The notes under the pieces are model-generated. The model ran no database searches. It was not told the origin of the DNA and saw nothing but the letters and a program-made list of their open reading frames with translations. Below are positions 24,490 through 38,357 of a stretch of 64,000 bases of DNA, in pieces. How positions within the stretch are numbered: the first letter of the stretch is position 1; every line of letters begins with the position of its first letter. The DNA lies in NCBI RefSeq assembly GCF_964355755.1, contig NC_092672.1, positions 28,898,437-28,962,436 on the forward strand, in the 5' to 3' direction. The stretch comes from Antedon mediterranea (Eukaryota > Animalia > Echinodermata). A program made the position numbers and the translations under genes.

Positions 24490-25227
24490 ACAAGGCCATA
24501 GAGATGGCTGCAGCCGCGTGCTCAAGTTGGTTTAACCGACCGACTAACCAACCGATCGAAATTGCTGAACATGTTTAAAAATGTTGAACATTTTTAAAAA
24601 CATTTATAATTTTTTTAATTTACCCGAGCGTTGCCTGTCACTTTTGATGTGCTCAAATAACGTAATTTCGAGTGGAAAAGTGAATCAAATAATTATATTA
24701 TTAAAGAAAGGTTGTAAAACAGAAATCGGGCAAAATAGTGCATATTAACATTTAACACGCAGTGCAAAAATCTGCGCACTCATTGCAATTTTGTAAACGC
24801 TTAAAATTTTGAAACGTACTCTAATTTCATCGAAAATAAATTTTACAATTTTGAAAATTTTAAATTTTAAGCGCGCGTACGCATGCGTTATATGCGCTAC
24901 GCACATACTTGTATTGCCATAATTATGATGAAATATGACCTGAAATTTATGATTACCAAATTTTAGTTAATTGTGATTAATGCTTGTGAAGATATGATTA
25001 CAAACGTGATTCCGTTAAATCGTGCGTAGACTGCGTAATTTTTGATTGCGCACCGTGAAAAACATAATCACATCGAGTCCTTGCCATATGGAATATACTT
25101 TGAAAGATAAAACTGATATCAAGACAAGGCCATATACAAGTTAGTGTTTTGCCAACGGACCGACCGACCAACCGACCGACATAGTGAGCTGTAGAGTCGC
25201 GTTGCACGCGACCGACGCGACTAAAAA
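24490..25227 (-). mobile_element. Helentron-associated (HINE/DINE-like) element
   Basis: Subterminal AGTCGCGT/CACGCG inverted motifs, (GTCG)n microsatellite, terminal GCC..GGCCTTG hairpin, T-rich target. Confidence 0.7.
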
Positions 25228-25334
25228 CGAATGCAATACGAATAGTGATGTGCGTTATAATTCAATACTATAGGCCTATGCTTAATACAAGATCGTCATT
25301 GTGCAAGGTGTGGTTAGTACTAGCTAGATAAGCT

Positions 25335-25800
25335 GCTTCCAGGGTATGCATATGGTATCTTTCGTGGGGTGCTAACACAGAATTGTTTAGCATTATCTGC
25401 TATCTTGATTGTGAATTCTTCACCATGCATCGAGCGAATTACACCATCAAACACTTCTGGAAATTCCTAGGACAAGTTAGTCAGATTGAAACGTGGCGCA
25501 GCGACTGGTCGTGACACAGCAATCAGACTAGTATTAGCAACTGATGCAACGTTTTGGTGACATATTGGCTTAGGGTAAGCTGGTGAGAGGAATCCAAACT
25601 GCTTTGATGCATTCCATGATAAGATAATGTCATCGATGCCATTAGAAAAATAAATTAATTTACGCAACGTTCGTCGGTTGAAACGATTAGCGGTAATTTT
25701 CCTGCAATATGAATTCTGCTACCTTCGACAGTTTCAGGTCGTATTTTCGGAATCAGGAAGAGCAAGAGCGTCTACGGCATGTTCCCTGTACGTTATCATA
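25335..25800 (-). mobile_element. Gypsy-type pol fragment (protease to RT linker)
   Basis: ALPDS protease-like motif and FPEVFDGVIRSM.GEEFTIKIADNAKQFCVSTPRKIPYAY; copy at 38470-38935 (+). Confidence 0.65.
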
Positions 25801-25831
25801 ACAGTGGTTCGAGGTGTATGTGTAAACTATA

Positions 25832-26964
25832 AGACGCCAGGACGGAAATAACTATGTTAATTTGAAATCGCTCGTATTGTGTTTACAACACTCGTGTTGA
25901 GTTTGCACGTCGCTTGTGTTATGTTGACATCCCTCGTTTTGGGTTTACATATCGCGCGTGTCGAGTTTTTTTACACATCGCACGTGTTGAGTTTTTACAC
26001 ATCGCACATGTTATGTCGAGTTTTTACCCGTGAGGTAAAGCAGAAGGCTAGAGGGCATACTCCAGACTGAAAAGTGATGATTCCAACAGGAGGGGAACCA
26101 ACAAGATATCGGCCGTAAATGTGTTCAAAAACATTAGGCCTATTTAATAAAAAGAAAATAGTCTGCCAGCCACTGTTTTTTTTCGTTGAATTTAACCATT
26201 TTGGCCTAAGTAAACACATTATTTTATCGGTGCTTTTTCTGTGGAAGCGATTATTATTTTAAACAAAATGGTCTATTCGAAGTTATGATTATTAATTTTC
26301 ATGTTTTCTGTTTTGGGGGACGATACATCTTTAAATGTAAATCACAATAAAAAGATGAAAGCACAATTACATTGTGAGTGTGTGACTGAAGGTCAAATGT
26401 TTTATTATAAATTACAGAGTACAGAGTAGGGAAACATTAAATATAGACATTTATAATCTATAGATTTCAGAATTAGTGTGAATGAATCGAATAGGCCTAT
26501 TTATTTGTAACAAAATAAGCCTAGAAATAACAAATATGAAGTAATATGAAGTAATATGTATATACGTGAAAATGTATGAAATTATTGTAAGAAAGGAACA
26601 AATGTATGATGTGTAAAAACTCGACATGCTCGATGAAACTCAACTCGCGCGATGTGTAATTAAAAAACTCAACAAACTGAACATGTGCAATGTGTTGAAA
26701 CTCAACACACGCGATGTGTAAAACAACCAACACGAGCGATGTCAACATAACACGAGCGATGTGGAAACTCAACACAACGTTGTAAACCGAACACGAGCGA
26801 TGTCAACATAATACGAGCGATGTGTAAACTCAACACTAGCGATGTCAACATAACACGAGCGATGTGTAAACAACTTAACATGAGCGATGTGTAAACTCAA
26901 CACGAGCGATGTTAACATAACACGAGCGAGGACAACTTGACATGTTATGTCCGTCCTGGCGTGC
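25832..26964. mobile_element. Foldback/MULE-like MITE with ~20-bp tandem subterminal repeats
   Basis: ACGCCAGGACGGA..TCCGTCCTGGCGT termini; arrays of CACGAGCGATGTGTAAACTCAA in opposite orientation; a Kolobok-like end nested near 26330. Confidence 0.65.
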
Positions 26965-27513
26965 CACATTCCTGCGACTGTGGGAAGACGTCCATGATGA
27001 AGTGAAAGATTCTCTGATTGGATTATTTCCCTACATTCCTTGCTAAACTTAAAATAAATTTGTTCCCTGATAATAATTAAGCGTATGTATATAATTTAAT
27101 ATACTTTTTTATATATATTTTTTATTTTATGATTTAAACTTAGCTTTGGAATTTTGGTATATTATATTTTAAGATGGTATTCATTGCTTGTGAAACTGGG
27201 TGAGTGGGGAACCCAGGCTATAAGTCACAGTGATTAGGTTCGCTTTTGTGTCCCATGCCAGCTCACTCAGTTGGTTGGTTTTTTGTATGTCGTGTTCTTC
27301 ATGTATTTTATATTTGGCAATAAAAGAATAAGAATAAAAGAATAAGACATTGATGGTGCTTAACTCGACAATTTTGAGTATGCTGGTAATCTAGCAGGTG
27401 CTGTAATAAATTATCGAGCATAGAATGTTCTAATTAAGGAGATATTACCAGGGAGTTGACTCCCTGATATTACCTAGTAACTTTTAATAATAGTGGTTGT
27501 GACATATGGTACT

Positions 27514-30500
27514 TTATATAACACCTAAATAAATTCCTGTCATTTGATTGGACGATTGTGGGTCACATGGCGTGCAATAGTACGCACTATTTAACGATCG
27601 TTAAATAGTACTTTTTGAAACATTTTTGTGTACGAAAAAAAAAACGTCTCGCGGATGAAAAAAAATCTAGTACACAAATTATCCTATGATATGGCTCTGT
27701 ACTGTGAAATACAACAGCGCCACCTGTCGTCTGGTCTCAGTTTCATTTGTAAACACCACCGCGAGATATGCAACAGCAGCAGATATTTGTGTACGATTTG
27801 GACATTATGTACTAATTTCATTCAAAAAGGCATTTAAATTAGCTTTAGATCGTTTTTAGGATTTTGATTAATTAATGGGGACATCCCTACAAGACGTGGA
27901 ATTGTTGGAAAAACCATAATTAGCTTAGATAAGTTCCAATTGTCTGTCGAAGTTTTGCCTTTCAGCCAAGCTAGTACTACTAGGCTACTAGGGTAGCCTA
28001 GGCCATGCTAGTATTAGGCTAGGCCTAGCCTAGGCGTTTTAGCCTTGCTAGGCCTAGGATTGTTTGGTCGTTTGTTGACATAATTAACACAAAAGTAGTA
28101 GTCCAGTAAAATATCACCTTCACCATTGCATAACGTTAGTAGTCAACGAGATTCTCACCGTAGGTTCTAAACATTATGTAAAGATCATTTATTGATGTTG
28201 CGTCGCGTAAAAGTTGGGATTTGTGGAGAAAATGAAGTTTTTATACGCAGTTTTTGCTTCCTTTCGTCGTGGTTTGTTTTCATCGAAAAATGACGTCATG
28301 GGGCATAAGTGAATGACACGCCATTGTCGACATTTGCGTTCGTATTAAAAAGTGAATTTTAAATGTACGAATATGGTATTAATTATCTGTATTACATTGT
28401 ATTATTATGTATCGCATATATAACAAGTCATTTTGATAAAAAATAAGTCAAATAAATATGAAAAACAAAGAAAATTGTGATTTTTGCATGTCATCTGAAG
28501 TGACCTTCCATACAATGTGATAGCGCCCTCTATAAGTATTGATACACTCGCACTTCAAACTGCAAGCTTTTTGTTGTTATATAAATTCATTCATTCAGAA
28601 ATACAATTTAAGGAAGGAATCGAATCAAGGGCATTATTACTTGGTTTACTATATATTTATGATGTTTTCCCCAAAAATAATTACTAGTATGTACATTTTG
28701 CGAATTGTAGATGTACCGGCGGTATGAAATTAAAAAAAGCTGTTTACGCGGTCTGTAGCCTAACGATATAATAATTATATGTATAAAATAATTGTTACTT
28801 TTTTCTGATAAATCAGTATGAATAATAATGTTTACTTAGCGCTGCTTTAAGCACCATATTTAAAAAAAAGAAACAAATTGATTTAAGCTTACTTTTTGTC
28901 ACGTTTTCGGTAATTAATCGTCTTCTTCGCTCTCACTATCTGATTCGTCACTGTTCTCATCATCCGATTCTGTTGGAAGAGGCCCCAGCAAATCGTTATC
29001 GCCAACGCACCATCCGTTATTGTCTTAGGGTTTCGGCAACTCTTAAATCGGTGTTAGAGTGCGAGCTTCCAGATCATGACTTGATAGTTCGATCGTGCGT
29101 CGTATATGTTGATGCAAGTATCTACGCGACGGTGGAAAGTTAGCTAAATCAATGTTTTTTAACACTGATTATCCGTCTTTTTCCTTGCATTTCCTGCGAA
29201 GAAAGTAAAATCTAAGTTCATCGGTACTCCTTGCTTTCGATCGGGATCCATATAAGACAGCGATGTTTTTTTTTTTTTATATTGTTACATTTTGTTTCGT
29301 CACGCGTCCATTATTGCAAAAGTCCTATTCGATACAGGCAGTGGCAGGAATCGACGAATAACCAATCTCACCAGTTTAGCCACCACTGAAATCACCCCAA
29401 GTCGATGTAATGCCATTCTAGGGCTGCATGCGTTCACAAAGTGCAGCACGACCAGCGCTTTCAAGGGAAAAGGAAAATTAAAGGCCATTAAACTTGTCGA
29501 AAAATATCCAAAATTTGAAGAGGTTTTCAAGAAAGTAGGAGAAAGTTGGAAAGGAGAAGAAGAGTTAATGTTTTCTGACAGGAACTGGAATAGTTCACGT
29601 GCCTGTTATTATATGGATTCCGTTCGAAAGCAAGGCGTAGGCCTACCGATGAACTTAGATTTGACTTTTTTCGCAGGAAATGCAAGAAAAAAAACCCCGG
29701 AATAATCAGTGTTAAAAAAACATTGATTTAAAAATTAGCTAACTTTCCACCGTCGCGTAGATGCTTGCATCAACATATACAACGCACGATGATCGAACTA
29801 TCAAGTCAGGATCTGTGGAGGCTCGCACTAACACCGATTTTACGAGTTGCCGAAACCCCAAGACAATAACGGATGGTGCGTTGGCGATAACGATTTGCTG
29901 GGGCCTTTGTGGTGTGAAAGCGAGATTCTTCCAACAGAATTGAACGAGCGATTGCTGAGAACGACTCCTTTAACTCGGATGATGAGAACAGTGACGAATC
30001 AGATAGTGAGAGCGAAGAAGACAATTAATTACCGAAAACGTGACAAAAAATAGGCTTAAATCAATTTGTTTCTTTTCTTTTTTAATAGGGTGCTTAAAGC
30101 AGCGCTAAGTAAACATATTCATACTGATTTATCAGAAAAAAGTAACAATTATTTTATACATATAATTATTATTATATCGTTAGGCTACAGATCGCGTAAA
30201 CAGCTTTTTTTAATTTCATACCGCCGGTACATCTACAATTCGCAAAATGTACATACTAGTAATTATTTTTGAGGAAAACATCATAAATATATAATAAACC
30301 AAGTAATAATGTGCCCTTGATTCGATTCCTTCCTTAAATTGTATTTCTGAATGAATGAATATAACAACAAAAAGCTTGCAGTTTGAAGTGAGAGTGTATC
30401 AATACTTATAGAGGGCGCTATCACATTGTATGGAAGGTCACTTCAGATGACATGCAAAAATCACAATTTTCCTTTGTTTTTCATATTTATTTGACTTATT

Positions 30501-31179
30501 TTTTATCAAAATGACTTGTTATATATGTGATACATAATAATACAATGTAATACAGATAATTAATACCATATTCGTACATTTAAAATTCACTTTTTAATAC
30601 GAACGCAAATGTCGACAATGGCGTGTCATTCACTTATGCCCCATGACGTCATTTTTTCGATGAAAACAAACCACGACGAAAGGAAGCAAAAACTGCGTAT
30701 AAAAACTTCATTTTCTCTACAAATCCCAACTTTTACGCGACGCAACATCAATAAATGATCTTTACATAATGTTTAGAACCTACGGTGAGAATCTCGTTGA
30801 CTACTAACGTTATGCAATGGTGAAGGTGATATTTTACTGGACTATAGGTGTGTTTACGAAATCCATATAAATATAACATTTAATATAAAATTATTAAAAA
30901 CCAAATGTTACTGTTTTTAATCAATGTGTGTGAATGAAATGTAGTAAGCTTTGGTTAGGGCTACCTTTTATTTGATTCAAATAACTAGAATTTATTTAGA
31001 TGTTATATAAAACAAATAATGAATGTTTTGTATTCGTGTAATGGTACAAATAATGGCACTTGGTGAATGATGAAAGGTTATATCAACTCGGCTCATCGCC
31101 TCGTTGATATAACCTTTCATCATTCACCTCGTGCCATTATTTGTACCATTACACTCATAAACATTCATTATTTGTATAA
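27514..31179. mobile_element. Crypton-like element without TSD, containing an internal foldback
   Basis: Begins TTATATAACACC, ends with a ~175-bp hairpin (31003-31179) centred on ACTCGGCTCATCGCCTCGT; the empty site at ~60965-60982 shows no duplication. Confidence 0.6.
29292..30053 (+). mobile_element. Academ-like XPG-domain fragment
   Basis: FDTGSGRNRR..LGLHAFTKCSTTSAFKGKGK, later an LPP motif and PKPQDNNGW..PLWCESEILP. Confidence 0.7.
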
Positions 31180-32254
31180 TACTCAGCTGGATCCTATTTT
31201 GAGTATGATTGTAATCTGGTGTAAGAGATTATTTAAAATCAAGTAATTAAATTGACATATAACCTCAATATCAAACAGTTACTTTGAATGTGTTCTTTAT
31301 TAAATGATTGAGTATATCAAATTATTAATGCATATGAGCGTACACTTGACATGCTTATAATTGTATTGTAGATATTTTTACATAGATACTGTATGTATTA
31401 ATATTTTGTATAATTTTATTATTGATTTGTTTGTACTGTTTTCTAAATAAATAGAATAAACAAAATGGAACATTATGCTTACTGTTGTTTCTTGCCTAGA
31501 TTGGTGTAGGCCTACTTCAAAATAACAGAGTAACATGAATAAAGTATTGCTAGAGTTTCTATCAATATTGTATTCATGTTTTCATATGTGATTGAGTACA
31601 TGGGCCTGTTCGTAGGGGTTGAAAATACCAGCTTATTCCCGATGATTACGTTTAATGATCAGGGGATGACTGGAATAATGATGGTCCGTTATTGTGGGTA
31701 AATATGTGTTTGGTATTGTGGGTAAATATGGGTTATAAACCCATCCCCACACTTTTTCACGCAGTGCCCTTAAATTAATAATTATATATAATCTATAATA
31801 AAAGTATGCCCTTATACAAGGAAATATTTAATTTATTAACATCAATTAACACTGTCCTGAAATTCTTTGATTTTCATTGAAATAATTTATTTAGATAACA
31901 ATCATTATAAACATTTTTGCCGTTAAACCATCTTCTAATTTTATCTCAAACTTAACTTTAAAATACTAGGAATCAAACCATTTTCCAGTATGGTCTTTGA
32001 CCCTACAGTTTTGCAGAAATACATGGGCTATTTGTAGCGTTGTTGTCCTACTTGATGGACACGCTTGTTCTGATATGACACACGACAAATGAAATCATTG
32101 CTAGGTAATTAGTTAACGATAAATATTTTTTTGTGTGAATTTGTTCGTATATATAGTGTGATATCATGTTTGGGTTTCACTGACTCATGTGTGATGCACA
32201 TTGTTTTATAAACCGCTATGCATTGTTTACATCGTTCCTTTCAAGCTCCTCTAA

Positions 32255-35107
32255 AGGCCTGTGCACACCAAACGCGAAGCCGCGAATTTCGCGTTAAAAA
32301 GTGACGCACGCGGCAGGCGACGGACGCTTCCAGTGTGAACATACAAGCGAACAGTGTACGATAGTCGAATTTCAACTTCAACGCGTTGAAAACGACAGCA
32401 GCGAAGGCTTCGCACGCGAATTTTCAAAAGTTGAACCTTGGTCAACTTTTTGAGGCGTCGCGAGCGCGGTTTGCGTTCGTCAACCAATCAGAAGTCAGGA
32501 ATATCTCTCATCGACGACACCGACGGCAAAAAAATGGTGGCTGACGAGCGAGGTCTTTATGGAAATACTTACCCTTCTCCTGCCCTTCTTGTGTTTACGA
32601 TAAGGGAAGTAAGTCATACACAGACAGAAACATAAGGATTAATGCATGAAGACAATAATTTCAGACAAACATCTGTGTAGAAGAATGCCAGAAAAACTAG
32701 GCCTAAAACGCGTCAGAGATCAATTTGTAAAGTGAGTTGGCAAGCCTATTTCTAGCCTAGGCCTAGGCCTAGGCCTACCTAGGTTTAGGCAAAACTAGGG
32801 CCTAGCTAGGCCTACCTAGCCTAGGCTACATATACCCTAGTAGGCTAGGCCATGCCAAGTAGTACTTATAGGCCTACATAATACTTACTAATCCCTACTA
32901 GTCTACTATGAGCTAGGCCTAGCCTACTTATTATTATTAGTTAATATTTATAGGCCTAATATTTAGTTGATTTTAATAGTGTTGTAAGGCTAGGATAGGC
33001 CTAGTAGTAGTAATATTAATACATAAATACTGTTGTTTTGTTTTTTTAGGTCAATTAGATGAACATTGATAAATGGGATCCTTCAGGCTATTACCAGCGT
33101 TACAAACTCCACCAATGACCAAGCTAGTAGTTTAAGCGGCCAGTATATTATTGCCATGGAATTAAGAGCAATTGCTCCTCAAAAACGTGGACTGGCAATT
33201 ATGAGGCTGATACAGGTTTGTATAGACTTTTTTCAAATGGGTATGTCAGTTGGTGACATACATTAGCCAGAAAAAAATGATTTGAGCAATATGCCTTACT
33301 ATAGCAATTTTTTAATACTTGTTTCATTTTTTTTTAATAGAAAATGGAAGAGATTAAGGAGGAGTTGGACTGTAACTAGTATTTATTAAGTGGTTATAGA
33401 AGGAAAGCTGAACTGAATGTCTTTTTTTAGCAATAGAGAACACATGGAAATATATGTATATGTTTTGTTATACTCCAATACTAAAAAAATAGTCAAATTG
33501 GCTGCCAGCTAATGGAATTTTTTTCATTTTATAAGTGAAAACATAAGTTTTGTTGGGTTTTTTTCTATGTAAGTGATTAACTTTGTTAAAACTACAAAAT
33601 GGCCTATTCAAATTTGATTTTAATCATCTTCATTTTTCATGATTCTATGGGACAATACATCTTTAAGTTTAGTGTCATTTTTTGGACAAGATATATTGTC
33701 TTCCTGAAAATATAATTTAAAATATTTTCGTTGTGTGTGTAATACAGTATACAGTAACACTTTAGGGTTAGTTATTCACTTTTAACAATAATATTTCTTC
33801 AATTTTCATTTTTTTTTTTGGGATGATACCTTTTAAATTTATTATTTTGATATTATTTTGCGAAAGTATTCAGGAGTAGTAAAAAAGAAAATCTGGTTGA
33901 TATGTAATGATACCTTTAAAAACAATGATTCACTATTTCAATAAGTGTATTTATGTGAAAAAGTCATAAGATAATATACAGTGTCAGGGAAAAATTTCAT
34001 TTTGTAATTTTGTTTAGCAAAATTGCTAATCAAACTGATTTTTGAGTCAAGAAACATAGTTTTGTATTGTATTTTTTGCTACACAATTTTAGAAATGTGT
34101 AGCAATATTGTTGTTTTGTATAGCTTTTTGCTATGCTACACTGGCGAAATTATTCCCTGAGTGTAATGATTAATTATTTAATGATACCTTTAAAAACAAT
34201 GATTCACTATTTAAATAAGTGTATTTATGTGAAAAAAAGTCATAAGATAATATAAAGTGTAAATATGAGTTTGGGATATTTATTACATTTAATCAAATGA
34301 GAAAAAAACTGTATGTTTTGTCATGAATAATATAATATTTAATAATAATTAGAAAATGAATGTGAAAACTTTACATTAATATATAGGCCTATAGTTTATT
34401 TTATTTATTTATTTATTTATTCAATTTCTGCCATAAACATAAAAAGACAAAACAATTATAAAAGGAGGCACGGAAAGACCAAACAGGTGCTAAACACCTA
34501 TGCTATAGTTGGTCAACCCATGGAGATTCCCAGTTCGTGTTTATATGAAATGTTTTATATGGTTATAAATGTTGTTGCAATGTGACTGTAATTATAATTG
34601 CACCTCTGTTGATTGGTAGGCTGACGCTGCAAAAGATATTTGTAACACCACTAATAAATATACTCAGCAGATCACATGTACGTGTAATCAACAATAAACG
34701 CTTTAATTCTTGTAACTGTGTTGATATTGGATACATCTTCTTCTGTCCTTGTGATACGATGTTTGACTGCTTGTTAATATACACACAATCATGCACATTT
34801 CATTTTCAGGCTTTGGAAAAGGATAACATTTTCCCACCAAAACCAAACACTGTGATTGGTTTAACCAGGGAAGAGTTAAATTACATTTTAATATAACTCT
34901 TCCCTGGTTTCACTTACACTATTCAATGTATGCAGATCCAACCTGGAACACCCTAGCAATCGCGCCGAATCAGCAGATCGTGACGCGTTTAGTGGGAACC
35001 GACAAGAAAAACTAATAGACGCATGACAATTCAACTTCCAAAGCGATCCGTCGAATGACGCGTGACGCATGACGCTTCGCGGCTTCGCGTTTGGTGTGCA
35101 CAGGCCT
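32255..35107. mobile_element. PIF/Harbinger element, decayed
   Basis: TIRs AGGCCTGTGCACACCAAACGCGAAGCCGCGAA with TAA at left; MADF-like VYDKGSKSYTDRNIRINA at ~32590-32650 (+); nuclease-like traces on the minus strand at ~34570-34870. Confidence 0.75.
33985..34159. mobile_element. hAT5-like MITE with 5-bp TSD
   Basis: AGTGT|CAGGGAA..TTCCCTG|AGTGT. Confidence 0.6.
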
Positions 35108-36694
35108 TACTTGTTAATCCGCTTAAGGATTGGTCGTAAAACACCGCCCTCACTCACAGATTGGTACTAACATACATTCCTATACTATAAATATCAATCA
35201 TTTTGTCCGTGTTCAATCTACCACACAATCCAATAAAAATCACTAATACTGTACACGCTAACAAACACAACTTGTGCTTTATTCCACTGTGTATTACAGT
35301 ATTGTAAATGTGCAATGTCCGTGAAGTTATTCACTTTAGTCTTCAAAATCAAAGTATAATGGCCACAGGAATCTTTCCATAATCACCAGGTATGTAAAGT
35401 TTAGTCAAGTTTACCTAATCAACGTACTTTATAATTATTGTCATATACATTACTAATTATTACTTTGAATAACTTAGCTAAGTACGGTAAGGTTGATTAT
35501 TTAGACCAAAAACGTTTGTTGGGACTATAATTCCTATATATAATTTGCTTTTCTTCCTTATATCTTATTAACTAAATTTTTTAAATTTTTTATACTAACA
35601 AACATTATTAATATGCCTAGTGTGTAAACATTATTGACATAATTTTATTAAACATCGACACAGTACGACTCTTCTTAACAACATTGTTTCAATCTTCTAT
35701 CAACTAAAAGTCGTAGTTACTCATGTCTCGGGTCACATTCTATGGTCACCGTACAGATAGGCTACTACATCAGTACTTCTATGAATGGATGGCTAGTTGG
35801 TGACAAGAACGCTAGTTGATCATACCCAGTACCGTTTTGATTTTACGATCATTCGGGAAACCACCTCACGACTACAACTATTTTGGTTATTCCACCAGGA
35901 AGTTGACTCCTTGGTTATTCTTATCTGTTTGCATTGGATACTTTACCGTAGCACAATTCAATTGCATTCAGTTTGTAATTATACTATGTTGAGTAAAATA
36001 AAGTATAAACTGTGGCATATTCTACTATTATGTCAGTTTGTAGAAATAACAGGTCGGGTACATTTTCTCAATACTGGTAAGAAATAATTAATATTAGGCA
36101 TAGACCTACTAACCATTCCTATTTGTCTAACGCTTGGTGATATATATTAAAACTTCACTAAAGCATTATATAAATATCATGACTGGTTTACTTGCATGTA
36201 CACAATAAAATAAACTTAAAACAATCCAAACCATACTTTTCTGTCATTGGAAAATCAATTAAGACAAGCAACAAAATCATTAATTATTTAACAGAAAACC
36301 TCTATCAAATAAATCGTTTCTAATCACAGACAGTGAGTTTGACGAGGTACGAATATTTAGTTTCGGACATAATATTGTTTGCATCACATGACCTCTTCGT
36401 TTGATGATCTGGAATTGCATAAGATAACCAAAAATCATTTCACTTCCAACAAATACAACTAACCCTATAGATAGGGCCATTACGAATATGATGCATATGC
36501 CAATGATCCTGCATTTGTAAACATTTGTTTTCTATTTCCATTCAATTTTGTCTGACCTACACTATGATATTTTATATTGCCTTCGGCTTAACATCTCGCT
36601 GGACCTACCTCTACATTAGAGAGACAAGAGATTCTGCATAAAACTGGCCTCTTGAAATACGTGTATTATATTATACTGCCTTTAGACAACACAT

Positions 36695-37157
36695 TTTTAG
36701 TCGCGTGGAAGCGACTCTATAGTTCACTATGTCGGTCGGTCGGTCTGTTGGTCTTTCGGTCTGTCTGTCGGTCCGGTATCACTATGCGTTTTATCGCTTT
36801 CTGACCATGTCTTGATATCAGTTTAATCTAGCTAAGTCAATTTTTCACAGGCAATTTTAAGCGTTTACAAAATTGCTATGAGTGCGCAGATTTTTGCGCA
36901 CGCACTGCGCGTTAAATGTTATTGCGCACTCTTTTTGCCCGATTTCTGTTTTCTTGACTTACTTTTCAACTCGAAATTACGTTATACGAGCACGTCAAAA
37001 GTGACAGGCTACGCACGTGTAAATTAAAAAAATATAACTGTTTTTAAACATTTGAACATTTGTAAACATGTTCAGTAATTTCGGTCAGTTGGTAGGTTGG
37101 TCGGTCGGTCGGTAAACACTAAGCACGCGACTGCAGCCATCTATATGGCCTTGTTTT
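36695..37157 (+). mobile_element. Helentron-associated element (internally deleted copy)
   Basis: Same termini and microsatellite as 24490-25227. Confidence 0.7.
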
Positions 37158-38357
37158 TAGTAGAGTAGAAATAAGGTTTCACCTCAAAAAAATTGCAACA
37201 AACGGTTTTTCAACGGATTTTGGTAGTATTAGGTATACTAAATAACAGAAAAAAAGTCTCAAGAATTTCGACCAAAGGAAAGTGGTTTTTTCAAGATGGC
37301 CGCCAAAATAGATAAAAAGTGAAAATGGCCATACCTCCTAAACTACTTGGTCTATTGATATAATTTTGGTACCAACATACTCAGAACATACATATTTATA
37401 TTCGCTATAATAGAACATTTTGGCCAAAAATGACCGGAAATACCATTTCTGACAATTTGACCGTTGACCTTGATATGTTGTATCTTGGTAACAACTCACC
37501 GTAGGGAAACAAATGATGGCTCAAATTGTTCAGAATGTACATATTTAAATTTATTGTAATGAGACATTTTGTCAAAAAATGGTTGGAAGTAAAGGTTTTT
37601 CACCTTTAACTTTATCTATGTAGAATTTCTATATCTCACCAACTATGTGTGGTAGAGATTTAAAATTGGGCTCTAAATACTGAGAATATACTTATTTATA
37701 TTTACTCTAATGAAACAGTTTGACAAAAAATGACCAGAAACGACATGTTTGACCATTGACCTTGATATGCTATATTTCGATAATGACTGACAGAGATACA
37801 CCATTTATGGCTCAATTTGTTCAGAATATAATTATAACTTTTAAATTTCTAATTACGGTATAGCAGCAATTGATTAGATATTGTGCATGTATTTAGTACG
37901 GCATCTTAAACAACTGTTCCAACTTCGTCTTATCATCGTCATCAATCTTTCTATCTACGTTGTCCCATTCTTCTGGTTGACACACTCCACAAACTGAAGT
38001 ACATGCCAATCCATAGTGTCTACAACTGCAACATACATCCAGTAGTTACAATGGATGACTTTCAAAGTTCTTCTGGAGCAGCAGTTTCCATCGTCATTAT
38101 TGGCACAAATGTTTTATTACAAACTTTCCATCCCCACTTGGTAGCATCCATGGTATTATCTTTCTATAGCCATTGCATGATTTGACTGTGACATTCTGTA
38201 GCAGATGACGTTGGTGGTAGTTGTTGAGGCTAGGTTTGATAAATGATTTACCTTCAACAACTTTTTTATTAAACAGCTTGCATCTTTAGCTATTCAGGGA
38301 ATCCAGTGACTTGGCTCCAAAAAGAATAGACATGTCCTTCAGTCCAAACTCCTCCAA
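37158..38357 (-). mobile_element. Academ-like 3' remnant
   Basis: Minus strand QLPPTSSA and CSCRHYGLACTSVCGVC; TAG terminus and TTGACC-rich subterminal repeats. Confidence 0.65.

Larger units (their letters stand above)
15487..25915 (+). repeat. Left arm of inverted segmental duplication
   Basis: Near-identical reverse complement of 38358-44480 once insertions 15590-18121 and 21681-23450 are removed. Confidence 0.95.
27346..31600 (+). pseudogene. NLR paralog remnant (decayed last LRR plus 3' UTR) split by an insertion
   Basis: 27346-27513 resembles an LRR unit (GACATTGATGGT..GGTGCTGTAATAAAT); 31180-31600 matches 14619-14950. Confidence 0.8.

Noticed and set aside
26600-26930. CRISPR-like appearance of ~20-bp repeats (also 45526-45710, 50521-50600)
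   Set aside because: No unique spacers or cas genes; eukaryotic MITE subterminal arrays
36280-36508. Hydrophobic minus-strand ORF as a TM exon of the kringle gene
   Set aside because: Weak acceptor, phase 2 rather than phase 1, and kringle 4 already ends in a stop
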